Below, piece by piece: positions 51,911 through 64,000 of a stretch of 64,000 nucleotides of DNA. The DNA lies in contig CM052832.1 of NCBI GenBank assembly GCA_028534125.1, forward strand, positions 13,642,001-13,706,000, in the 5' to 3' direction. The DNA comes from Lama glama. Lineage: Eukaryota. Below the pieces are notes generated by a model that was not told where the DNA came from, did no database searches, and saw only the letters and a list, made by a program, of their open reading frames with translations. Position 1 is the stretch's first letter; each line of letters begins with the position of its first letter. A program made the translations under genes and the position numbers.

Positions 51911-52100
51911 CAGTAGTGTGCCAGAAACAGGGCTGGGGGATAGAAGACCCGATGCGTAGTTTGTCGATCTGTGTGGCATAAATACCCTCACCGTGGCCAA
52001 GTTCATGCTACCAATCTGATGTCACTGAACACGGAGTTGAGAAGAGGTGCACAAAATCAGCTCCCAAGAGCCACCACGTGCAGGCTCCAGCACGCCTCTG
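51911..52100 (-). mobile_element. MER63-like hAT (BlackJack) element
   Basis: cagtagtgtgccag...gtcactgaacacggagttgagaagaggtgc...ggctccagcacgcctctg. Confidence 0.65.
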
Positions 52101-53324
52101 GAGCCAAGGTGCGGCACAGGGAGAAGTAAGGGCTCCTTGGGTACAAACCACCAGCTAGTCCCCTTCACCCTGCCTCACAGGCCCTGCCGCCTTCCCTGAC
52201 ACCACCCTTCCGCCCTTCCTAACCTGCAGGGGGCTGGGATTTAGCCACGGTTCCCTGGAGAGGGCGCACCAGCTTGGCACTTTGAGAGCGGCACTGAACA
52301 GCTGTGACGGGCGAACCAGCAGTGATTAATCTTCCTGGTTAGCACAGCCTTGCCTCCTCGGCTGTTCGCTCCCGGCTGCCTGGGGGGTAAAGTTTAAACT
52401 TCTCAGCCTGTTGGACAAGGCTTGCTTTTCTTGTTAATCAGATCCTCCACGGAGTCTATGCACAAACGACCTCCATTCTAACCATCTCGCAAACATGCCT
52501 TACTCACCCCTGTCACCACACCTTTGAGCTGCTGCCCATCTGGAATGCCATTCCTGTGCTTTGCCAAGGATGGGGAGGACTCTCATGCCTCAAGACCTGG
52601 CTCAGTAGCGCTTCCTGGGATCGGCTTTGCCAGGCTGCTCCACCCCAATTGCCCTCTCCGTCCTTTGAGTCCTGCAGGTAACTTTCTAACAAAACTAAAC
52701 TAACTGTAGGTTTCTTGAGGGATGAGAGCCTTCTTTCTCTCTGTCCTCCATACCTCAGCAACGTGTTGTAAAGCCTTAATCCATTCAACCAGATTTTGCT
52801 GAGCACCTATCAAGACACTGAAGATACAAGGACAGATGTCATGTCTCATACCCTATGTCCCCAGGAAGCTCATGCCCTAGTGAGGGAGGCAGAGCAAACA
52901 AAGAAATCCCAACATACTGTCACCTGCAGCTAGGAGCGTAAGTTGGTACGGGCTTTTAGGAGAACTGTTTGGGAATTTGTTATCAAAACGGTGAAAATGT
53001 GCCCCTCATTTCTCCTGATAATTCCATAGCTGTGGATTTAGACTACATAAAACAGCCACAGGGGGACACACTGTCACCGTATTGTTTATCTTTTGTATCA
53101 GTAAAGAGGCAGTTCCAACATCATGAGAAATAAGTATAAGAAAAAAGAAAATGCCTGAATTCCAGATTTGGGAAATCGGTGCCTATTATTCCCACATGTG
53201 CTTTTTACTTGTTTACTTTTTACATATGCATGTATCTGTAGAAATGTCAAACTAGGTAATTCTGCGGTTTCCTTTGTCACTCAAGATTGTTGACGAGATC
53301 GGCCCGTGTTGATTTAATCTAGCG

Positions 53325-53545
53325 CAGGTTTCTCAGTCTGAGCACCAGTGACATTCACATTTGGGGCCTGATAATTCTTTGCTATGTGGGGAGGGGGATG
53401 CCAGGCTGTCCAGTGCATCACAGCAGTGTCCCCGGCCTCTACCCACCAGGGGCCAGTTGCTCACTGCCCCCTCTCCAGGTGTGAGAACCAAGAATGTCTC
53501 CAGACCCTGCCAAATGTCCCTGGGACACAGACAAAATCTGGGGGG
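53325..53545 (-). mobile_element. MER20 hAT DNA transposon
   Basis: ggtttctcag...ttggggcctgataattctttg...ggcctctacccacc...aatgtctccagaccctgccaaatgtccc. Confidence 0.75.
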
Positions 53546-56500
53546 AGGCAAAGTCGTTCTACTTCATTTGTTCTCCCTGCTATGTACTATTTCATCATAT
53601 GAATGCACTACAATTTATCTTCCTATTCTCCTAATAATGGACTTTGAGGTTTGTCCCAGTTTTTTTTTCCTTCTTCTGCTATTACAAATAATGCTGGGTG
53701 AAAAGTCCCCGTATTCGTTTCCTTAAGCCCATCTAGGAAAATTTCTCTAGAATAATTAACCTAGGAGAATGCAAGGTCATAGGGGTATGTAGCTTCCACC
53801 CTTACTAAATCCTGCCAAACTGCTGCCAGTAAAGAAAGCTTTATCATTTTTGTGTAGCCAAATTCATCAGCCTTTCCGTTACGGTTTCCAGGCTTTGCAA
53901 CATGCTTCAAGTGCCCCTTTCCATTTAAACCGTTGATTTGTCTGGAAAGGACTTTGGCTACAAGTGAAAAACAGATGTCCAGTTGTTTCAACACCATTTA
54001 TTGACACAGATGACTGAATAATAAGCATCTGCTTTTATAAAAGTTATGCATTTTTACAGATTTAGGAAATTTTCTAGGAGTTAAACCAACCTGTCAAGAG
54101 CTATTATTTCCAGGTAGTGGCCAGTGGGTGTTACCTACCTACATTAGACATTTTTTTCAACAATAAACACATTTTATTTGTATCCTAAAAGAAGAGTAAT
54201 ATGTAGTTAGAAAAAGGAATGTAGTAATTGCTTTGACCCCAGTAATCTTGGTGCAAGTTACAGAAATACCCGGAGTGGGCACCTGCCTCCAGCCGAGGCT
54301 GGGGAGAGGCTGGGAGGGGCGGGGATGTTTCCTGACTAGGGATCAGGATGAGGCTTGTTGGGGGCAGAACAGCCTCCTGTTGGGGACACTCCCCACCACA
54401 AGCACTTTGTCAGCAGCCATTATCAAACAGTCACTGCCTGTCACCTGGCAGAGCTGTGGGTGTGACCCTTCCGTCTAGGGCTCAGACCATCAGCTGTGTC
54501 ATGCCTGAGCAGTGATGGGGCAGGAACAAGCCTTTGTGTAGTGGCGGCAGACGATGATTTCACACCTTACAACCAGAAACAGACGGCTAGTCGGCAGCCC
54601 TGCAAGTGGAGCCAGCTGATCAGGTCAAGGTAACACCTGGGAGGACACACAGGCCCAGGACTCCCACAAAAATCCCACTCCCTGTCTGCCAGGCACCAGG
54701 GAGGTGACTCATGGGTGCATGTGAAACGGCCACCAGCACCGTTTGGTGAGGTTCTGCTCTACAGTGCCAGGGAAACAGCAGTCACCGTTTACAACTGTCT
54801 CCCCCCATTAGAACATCAACTCCAAGAGGGCAGGGATCTTTTATGTTTTTTTCCCATGTTCCTGGTGTCTGACACATAGAAGTTACCCAATAGCTATATG
54901 TGGAACAGCTGAATGAGGCTGCAAGATACCCTAGTGACTTTCAATTCACCTCTGTTTTCCCTGATCGTTCCACTTTGAAATGGCAGATGGATGGGGGAGC
55001 AGCAGGAACTATCTGGATCATGGCCATCAGCCACCATCGGTAATCTTTTGACTCGTTTCAATTCATTAAATTGCTGTGCATCCAACTTGAATCACACACC
55101 AAGATGGAGCCAAGAGATTCAACCTCTTAACACTTGTCTCTTCTTAAACTGGGAACTTTCATACAACACCTTATTCTACAGGGTGGATAACCTGTACATA
55201 TTTGGTTACTTTCTTTCTTTAGATGGTCTTTGCTTCTAAAGATTGTCAACTGTAAAAACAGGAAGCAGAGGACAAGATGATCTGCCAGTGATTAAAAGAT
55301 GATAGTCACTCACTGACTCAGTCAATAAAGGTTGGATGCACGTGTGCCAGGTAGGTACCATGCTAGGTGATGGGGACAGGATAGTGCACAAGACAGTCTG
55401 TGCCTTCAAGGACGTACAGCCCTGAGCTAACACTTATCGAGCACTTTCTGTAGGCCACAGGCTTTACATACGTTGACTCATTTAATTCTCACAATGACCC
55501 TGTGAGGTAAGTTCAGAGAGATAATTTGCCCAAGATTGTATCACTAGGAGATAGGCTAGGATTTGACTCAGATTGGTTCCTGAGCCTGCATTCTTAGTCT
55601 TCATGTTTTTTTTCTCTTGGGCAGGTGATAACAAACACCAGGCAATGACAAAGCAATGTGATAGGTGCTGCCTCTGGTCAACGCCAGCGAGTAAAAGCAG
55701 CACACAGGAGGCGTACCTAAAGCAAGCTCGGGGATGCTCGGGGAGGGTTTACAGAGTGACACTGGAACTTAGCCCAGAGGAGTGGGGAAGGAGAGGCAGG
55801 GCATCCTAGGCAGAGGGAATGTCATGCACAAAGACCAGGAGAGTGAGAAAGCAAGAGCACTGGGAGACACGGTGCATTTAGAGCTGAGCCATGGAGAGGG
55901 AGAGGAAGGGACGTGAAGCTGCGGAGGGAAGCACTGAAGGGAGAAAAGGTGGCTGCCGCAGCTCCTCATCAGTCCGCTTCTCTCCAGAGGCCTGGAGGTG
56001 CATTTCTACCCCACATGATAAGGAAGCGGGGGATGGGGGGATGCTGGGACCTGGGCAAGAGGCCCAGTGTGCGCTGAGTGAGACAAGGCACCAAGTGCCC
56101 AGTGGAGGCTGATTTGGACTTTGGTGCCCTTTTAACCCCTCTTCCTTGGCCAGCAGCAGCCAGCAAGTCCTTAGGGAAATGATGCAAAATAAATTGTTCA
56201 GCGTTTTTAAAAAAAGAGGAGATCTATCAGAAATTACACAAAAAGTCAGAGCCTCCTATAATCTATCACTACCCAGAGATGGTTGCTAAGAGTTGGCCAC
56301 CTTATTCAATCAAGTCCTTGTTGACACATACATGGGCTAATTCCAATGTTTTGCTATTACAAAGAACGATACTGAATAGTCTTACTTTTTCGTTGTGTAC
56401 TTGTGAGGCCTCTAAGTTCTGAGAAGTATAGATGCTAAGTTCAAAGCGTATGTATATTAAAACATACCTGAACTATAAATTAAAAGGTCTTCATTATTTG

Positions 56501-58082
56501 CATGTTCATTAGCCAAGTCCTGTTGCCATGAGACTGCATTGAGAAGTGAAAGTCATCACGTGGAAACCTTCATTAATGGACAGACTACTTATAAAAGTAG
56601 CCCCTCCTTGCTTCGTAAGTATCTGAACCCAGAGTGTCTGTCCTACCCATTCTAGGCTTCTGTTAGTCTCTAATTGATTATATTGTAAACATATGACAAA
56701 TGACACACATATAATGCAGATTAATTGCAAATCTTGCAAGACAGTGGATCTCAAACTTGACAAATAATGCTATAAAAAACTGCTCAAATCTCAAGCAAAC
56801 ACACTGAAAAATGTGGACCTGGCAGACTCAGACGTTAATAATAAAGGGAGATGTGATAAGGTGGTCACCAAGAGATGCTTATAAAAAAGAACAATGTGAA
56901 TATCAAAAGGCTGAGGTCCATAAAGAAACTGAGGAAGATCTCAAATATTTCTGCAAAAATTCCCTCTAGACTATACTGCAAAAATCAAACAGTAAGGATA
57001 CCATAGGATACTAAACATGGTTTCACTCAAAAGGCAAACGTGATTTTTTCTTTGTTCATTATAAGAATATATTGAAATTATGAATAAGCTTTTATAATTT
57101 CATTCAGTTTTCATGATGAAAGTCCCCATCAGACTTCCTCTCTCCCCAAATCCCCAACACACCCAATCAAATTCTGGTCCCCATTTTAAGTGGATTCACT
57201 TCAGGTGAGCTTTTCCTGGTGTCAACTCTCTCCTTGAGCTGAGCAGGCCCTCTGCTCTCTGAAGCCAGGTGGAAGGTTGCATCATGGCGCTGACTCTGGT
57301 ATGTGGAGGCAAACTATCTCCTACAATTGTCTGATCCCGACAGGGGCTGATGTACACACGTGACTGGCTCCCTTTTCGCTCATCCCCTTAGGAAGTCACT
57401 GAGGACAGGATGAAGAGCCTGTGCTTGGTTTGCCCCTATCCCTGCCATCACTCCCAGCTGCCAGCCAGAGACCAGACAACACAGGATGAAAACCCCTGCC
57501 GCACACTCCCTATACCCACAGGCGGGGCCTCACCATCCCCAGACACCTGTCAGCATGCCTGGGCCACGGAGAAAGGAAGGACACCAACACTGGCCCCACA
57601 AACAACCGTGAGACCTTGTGGCTCTTTAACCTTGTGATGCAATGCAGTAGTTTTGAAGACGATTGCAAGGGTCATATGATAAGAGTCACCAGATATGTTT
57701 GCTCAGAGGTCTATAAACCACATACACAATCCAACCTTGTCTCCACAATTTTAACATAAAAGTGTAACTTTCTACACATAGTCTTAGAATGTCAAAGCTG
57801 AAAAGGACGCACATATATTTAAACAAACTTCATTTTTCAGATGAGTAAATTGAAATCCAAGGCCAGGGGTTGGCAAACTATTTCTGCCCCACCATAAAGT
57901 GTACAACTAAGGGGCTCTACAAATGTTTTCCAAATTTTAGGAGTAATATTAAGATCTGTCAGAAATGTATGCCAGGCCACAGCCCAAAGACCATTAGTAT
58001 AATGCCATATTGTGCAGTAGATAAAAACAATAAAGAGAAAAATATAACAAATTTGAGAAACTCAATACTTTGAAAAATAGGC

Positions 58083-58088
58083 TTTATT
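58083..58088 (-). terminator. Candidate MAPK14 polyadenylation signal AATAAA
   Basis: Plus-strand tttatt; U-rich sequence downstream on the minus strand. A second candidate lies at 59050-59055. Confidence 0.65.
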
Positions 58089-60223
58089 TTACCCAGTGGT
58101 ATTGTATGACATCCTATATGGCATAACTGATTACAGCCAAGTTCATGAATACAAATAAAATAGCATTTTTCCCTCATTCTCTCTCTTGTTTTCTGTTCAG
58201 AGAAATCAGGAGATGGGAGCATTAGCTCAGAAACCAGGGAGCTCTTCCACAGGCTCCAGCTGAGTCCGGGCTCCTGGAGCATTCGGCCTCCTAACACGTA
58301 TATGGTCTTATGTGCAAAGAAGACCTTTATGAAAAAAATATTCAGAGCAATATTTCTGTAGGAAATCACACTAGCATTTACAACAAAACATGGCTGATCA
58401 AATTCATCTTGTTGTGGATTATGAGGATGTGAACTGCATATAAAGGAGATGAGGCCTTTGTGTTCAGTTTCCTTTAAAGAGGGGGCAAATCTTGGGTGAG
58501 GTGTGATCACCATCAGCTGCCTCCTTCCTTCTCGCTCCAGTTGACTTGGGGGTCCTACCCTGTCCCTCTGGAGTGCACATTATCACTGCACTGTGACAGA
58601 GAAATGGAAACACCTTGGCCCAAATACAAGACTTGGACACACAGCCAACACTGGACGTGGCTCTATGCTTTCTTATTTCACAAAAGGTTTAACTATACGG
58701 GCCCTTATGTAGCACAAGATGCCTGAAATTCAGAAAATTATGAAAACAACTCTTCTCCACCCCTGAGGATATTTCATCTTTATAAAGTTGAAAATACAAA
58801 ATATTAAAATAACTTGCCCTTTCTCCCCATCAAAAAGAATCATATTCTCATACGATTCCTGCATTATACAAAATTCTGAAATGAAATTTATTTCTCCCCA
58901 AACCAAGACCAAGAAGTCAATGTTAAGCTGCCAAGAAGACCCTTTTCCAAAGGGTGGAAAAAAATACCTCATTACTTCTTCTTCTTTTTTCTTTTTAATA
59001 ACTATATTTAGACAAAGATGGCAAAAGGAGTTTCTGGCCTCATGAGCTTTTTATTTTTCACTTTGATTTTCAGTATTTCTTAGCATTGGTTATTGGACGT
59101 GAAGAGAACTTGTTTTCCAAAGTCTGAGATATTCCTGGGAAAAACCCTGATCTTTTCCGGTTGACGGCTCCCCCAAAATAGTTTGTTGAAAACCAGATGG
59201 CAAGAATGAAAATGCTATACATCCATCTGTTTAATTTCTTCATAGTTTTCACATCAAAAGCACCTTGAGTATCAATTGTGTTCAACACAAAATAGCACTG
59301 GGGGCTGAAGAGAGGGTGGCGTCACCTGCCCACAACATCCGCCGAGGTGACATGGGTCCTGAACTACCCACGAAGTCTCCACTGGCAAACTCGCCTGGCA
59401 CCAGGGCCTCCCGAAGGAAACAGGACAAGCAGCTGTGCATGCTCAAATAGCAAGACGTGCAAAACACATCCTCATTCTGCTGGGAATAAAGAGCACACAG
59501 GAAGTACACGGACAGCAAGAACCAGCCTCCGACTACTGGGGCCAATACTGAAGGAACCTCTGCACTGAAGTGGGTGAGCAGAGAAATGGCAATGACACCT
59601 GGGGGTCGGGGCGTGAGGAAGAGAGAGAAGCACATATACGCATGCTCAGACATGCACACACGGTGCCTCCGAAGGCTCCCTGGTGACTTCGGCTTCACAA
59701 GTGGCCGTCCGACAACTGACAACTTGCCTGCCTCAGAACTTCATCTGCTGTACCCTCCTAACTAACCACACCTTCTTCTCTCTTTTAAGGCACAAACATA
59801 TTTATAGTTTCAGGTACACCTGTTGAGTTCTGAGAGTCACGCTTAGCAGGTTCCTCATGGACTAGTGCACAGAAGCCAGTTGGTCCTTTTTGGCTGATGC
59901 GTCGCTGAGGGACGGCTTCAGATGTGAAGCAGCCAGAAGGGGTGAGCCTTCTCCCTGTGCCACTGCGGGGTGTGGTCAAGACTAACCCCCACCTTCAAGG
60001 TGGGGCCACAGGAGAGGCCAAAACAGCCAAAGCATGACTGGGGTCTGGGATGTTTAATAGCTTTTACTTTGCATTTAACAAACCCTAACACGATGGCAGC
60101 TCCTGCCTGCCCAGCCGACTCACACAAAGAGCAAGCACAGACTGCCACACAGAGACCTGTGACTCCAAGTACGGTCACCATGATCACAGTCTGCTCATGT
60201 TCTCCTGCCCGCCTGCAAAGTCA

Positions 60224-60273
60224 GACACACACACGCACACACAAGAACACACACGCATCCACACACGCACACA
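60224..60273. repeat. Imperfect (CA)n, i.e. a GU-rich tract in the MAPK14 3' UTR
   Basis: acacacacacgcacacacaagaacacacacgcatccacacacgcacacac. Confidence 0.85.
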
Positions 60274-60401
60274 CCCCTTCCACCACGGAGGAAATCTTTG
60301 CAACAAGAGGCACTTGGGCACTTGAATGATATTTGGAGAGTTCCCATGAAAAGGCCTTCCCCTCACAGTGAAGTGGGACCAACAGAACAGAAACCAGATA
60401 C

Positions 60402-60469
60402 TCAAGACTCCATCTCTTCTTGGTCAAGGGGTGGCGGCACAAAGCTGATGACTTCATCATAGGTCAGGC
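60402..60469 (-). CDS. MAPK14: p38-alpha terminal coding exon
   Basis: [22 protein letters not shown] then TGA; TTCTAG| acceptor. Confidence 0.97.
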
Positions 60470-60667
60470 CTAGAAATTGGGAAGGAGAAGCAGGATGTGA
60501 GCATTTATACACTTTGCTGGCAAGCACCCTAACTTCTAAGCTCAAGATCCTTCCTCCCTGTCTGGGCTAGTGGTTCGAGGGGCTACTTCAAATAACTGCC
60601 TCATTGCTTGTATGTGATACCCTAATGGAGCATGTGATTACAGAGATGTTCAAGGATACATGTAAGA

Positions 60668-60740
60668 GGGGAGGTACAGCTCAATGGTAGAGCATGCTTA
60701 GAATACACGTGGTCCTGGGTTCAATCCCTGGTACCTCCAT
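60668..60740 (+). mobile_element. tRNA-derived SINE head (Vic-1-like), no tail, in the last MAPK14 intron
   Basis: GGGGAGGTACAGCTCAATGGTAGAGC...CCTGGGTTCAATCCCTGGTACCTCCA flanked by ggatacatgtaaga / ggatacatataaaa. Confidence 0.75.
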
Positions 60741-61325
60741 GGATACATATAAAAGAACCATTTTTTCTTATTTCTTTCATCACTCAGGGCCTCCTCTACA
60801 AGCTCTCTGGAGAAGATGCTCAAGAGAAACAGCATTCCCATGCATTATAGCAACAGATAATCCTGGTTTTGGGGATTTAACTGGAATTCTAAATTTGTAT
60901 TTTATGGAAAGAATATAAGATTGGGCCTGAGTTCCATTTCTGGCTGTGTCCTTAACTAGGTCTGAAGGAGAAATAGGTAAGATACAAACTCCCTTTGCCC
61001 CAGTTCTATCAATTATAAAACTGTAAAGACACCCTATTCCCTACTTATCTCAGACAGATGAAGTAAATGCAAAGATTCTGCGAACCTCAAAGCTCTATGC
61101 AGGCATGAGGGGCTATGCACTAAATCAGACCAGACAGAAGCATCTCAAAGGTCCAGAGTGTCATCATCTACAACAGACAGTTTTCATCAGATGAACATAT
61201 TCATTCTGCATTAGAGATCCTAATTACAAGTTTTAATTTTTTCTCCCCATGGCTTCTGGTTAGTGGCTCACTCAGGGAAGATTTTAAAATCTAAGTTCTC
61301 AAGCTAGATGTTAATCCTGCCCTTA

Positions 61326-61553
<228 letters not shown>

Positions 61554-62049
61554 TTACCAAAAATTTAGGCCGTATTAACAGCAAACACACAGATTTGACC
61601 CTTCCTACCCAAAGAATTCTCCACCAGAGCATGTGCGCTAGGATACGTTACTCCTTTCCCCTTTTACACGTATACATGTGTGTGTACGTGCAAGCCTGTG
61701 TGTGTGTATGCATGGCTGGATGGATGGACTGATTCTGTATTTTTTAAGAATACATTACTAAAGAAGAATTTTTAAAAATAACTGAGATTGTGTTTGAACG
61801 AGCTTTTGTGGAATGTCAGTGTCAAACTGCTACCACTGCAGTCAAACTGTCAAAATGAAAGCTCATAAGTAAAACGATCTAGAAGAGAAAGGAGAGCTGG
61901 GTTTTTTTGTTGCTGTTTTTTACCTTTTTGTCCCCCTTCACTGTTTATTGACTAACATAAGGCAAATAAATATTCATCAAATGGATCTTCAAATAATGAA
62001 CTGAGGGTTTTATATGGGTGTGTGGGTGAGACATGGTATCTGCATAAAA

Positions 62050-62840
62050 GAATGAAAAATGTCAGTATACAAAACAATAGGACAGTGAATACGCATATGC
62101 CTACCATCCATATCCAATAGTTAAGCTTCTATATTTCTTTATGTATACATTTTTTGCTGTCTATAATTAAAATTACAGACATGACACTTTACTGCTAAAT
62201 ATTTCAGCATAAAGGCAGCTTCCTATACAATCATAAAACTACTACTATATCTGACAAGTATGTAATTCCCAAAAATCATCTAAAATCCAGTTCATGTTAA
62301 CATTTCACCGATTGTCCCAAAATTGTCTTTTATACCTAGTTTGGTCAACCCAGGATCCAATCAAGGGCTATGCACAACATCTGACTGAGTTTCCTTTGTA
62401 TCTCTTAATTCTAGAATAACCCCCCAACCTCTGGATGATATTTTCCCCTAACTTTAACCTGAAAAGACCCTCCAGTGGTCTTGAAAACACTCATCATTAG
62501 GGATTTGTCTGATTGTTTCTCTGTGCTATTGTGTTATCTCTGTCCTTGTTTTCCTCTATCCCTTGTATCTTCTGTAAACTATGTTGGATCTAAAAATTTT
62601 GGCAAGAATATTTCACAGGTGATGCTGTGTACTTTATGGTAAATTAAGGCCATCTGTCCCATTAATAATGATACTGAATTTGACCACTGGGTTAAGATGT
62701 TTCTTTTTTATCCCAAACAAGACTTCAGCACCATGGTGAGTATCAGTTTCTTTCACTTATGGCTTTTACCATCCACTGGCTTTCCTTCCTAGCAAGTACT
62801 TCATTAGGGGTCACAAAATAGTGTTTTTTCTAATTCTATC
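62050..62840 (-). mobile_element. Old L1 (L1ME-like) 3' end in a MAPK14 intron
   Basis: acagacatgacactttactgctaaatatttcagcat...caggatccaatcaaggg...tttggcaagaatatttcacaggtgatg. Confidence 0.65.
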
Positions 62841-64000
62841 TTATAAATGTTCTGCGTTTCAGAATGGTGGCACTTTGGGAAGACAAATACTGCCATGACC
62901 ACAGTTATCACTTTGCTGAAACAAAGGCATCTGAGGCTTTACAAACAGTTCCTTAAAAGTGGAAGAGGGCAGGGATGGGTGGTGAAGGGGAAGACTGTTT
63001 GCTGAAAAGATCTATGCTGCATACACTGGAGGCTGTAAGAGACCCCTGTCCTGCAGCCTGAAATCCAGAGTAATCCAAAGGAGAGATGTGGGTTTCAGAG
63101 AGATATAGAAACAAAGTGAGTATTTATGTGTCAAGTCAAGTACGTAAGTTTACACTTTAAAGCACTGGGAAAATCGCCTAGATGTACATTCTTCTCTTCA
63201 TGAAAAAATAACCTTATCAGGTGTTGTTTGGATCATATGATGGGTCTTTGCCATCCCCAGGGTAAAAAGGACCATGTCCTTATATCCAATACCTTGACTG
63301 AAAAAAAAGGTTAGGGTAAGAAAAAGATTCCTCTAAGATCCTGACAGATACACATACACAACATCAAAGGGCAATTTAAGTTTTATTTCATATCTTAAGA
63401 ACAATGGTGAACATGAAGTGAGTGACGGACAAAACAGAGCCATCAATATTTACATCATTGGTGCATTCCTGCTCAGTTAATATGCTGGGCACAAGTTCTT
63501 GGTCAGTAACACTGTGTTCTGCCTGCAAGAAGTGACTCTTTGTACATCACTGTCAGGCCTGTTTAAAGTCTGAGAACTGCAGTGCTGAGCAGCAGATAGC
63601 CCAAAACCTCCTTCAGCTCACTCGCAGCCTATATTGCCAAGTGGTATCCAGTTCTTTTGAATGTTTACAGGTCATAATTCCAAAGAAGGGGGGGCATCTA
63701 TCAGGATGGATGTGACCTAAATCAGCTGCTGGGACACACACATATTTCCCCTTCCCCAGAAAAATGTATGAACAAATCTCTCTGAGTTGGCTATCAGGAA
63801 GTCACAGACAGTGAGCACTGTCATGTCTAAAACATGAGCTGATATGATAAAAAAAATTCGTAACAGAATGACAGACAAGAAAGCTACCAGCATACAACCT
63901 AATTTCCCAACATCCTATAGTACCTACAACGCAAAGAATGCTTCTCACAGACCCCTGAACTAGATAATACGGCACAAATACATCACACAAAATCAATGAG

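Larger units (their letters stand above)
58065..60401 (-). other. MAPK14: MAPK14 3' UTR (about 2.3 kb to the candidate distal poly(A) signal)
   Basis: Sequence largely free of interspersed repeats after the stop codon, with miRNA seed matches and AATAAA at 58088-58083. Confidence 0.75.

Noticed and set aside
57959..58513. 184-aa minus-strand ORF
   Set aside because: Lies in the MAPK14 3' UTR, has a non-ATG start, crosses the candidate poly(A) signal and shows no recognisable domain
60668..60740. tRNA gene-like sequence
   Set aside because: Degenerate stems, a flanking TSD and similarity to the SINE head at about 25560-25635 indicate a retroposon, not a functional tRNA

Overview
Mammalian genomic DNA containing the conserved MAPK14-MAPK13-BRPF3 cluster, all on the minus strand. 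The window holds the last two coding exons and 3' UTR of MAPK14 (p38-alpha) at about 58.1-61.5 kb, the complete and apparently intact 12-exon MAPK13 (p38-delta, 366 aa, TGY motif, U12-type intron 8) at 36.7-44.5 kb, and the CpG-island promoter, non-coding exon 1 and large first coding exon of BRPF3 at 2.5-7.6 kb. The rest is mostly repeat-rich intronic or intergenic DNA (L1, L2, MIR, MLT1/MLT2/MER21 LTRs, MER DNA transposons). Short tRNA-derived SINEs and the absence of recognisable Alu, Bov, PRE or Can SINEs suggest a camelid genome (inference). I can support no major new system from sequence alone. The best leads are (1) a perfect 15-bp inverted repeat that could loop out MAPK13 exon 8 and its minor-spliceosome intron, and (2) signs of a plus-strand transcription unit antisense/divergent to BRPF3, with a frame-consistent spliced 61-aa micro-ORF and a separate 104-aa ORF with a hydrophobic tail. 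Repeat family names are recognised from memory of consensus sequences and their boundaries are approximate.
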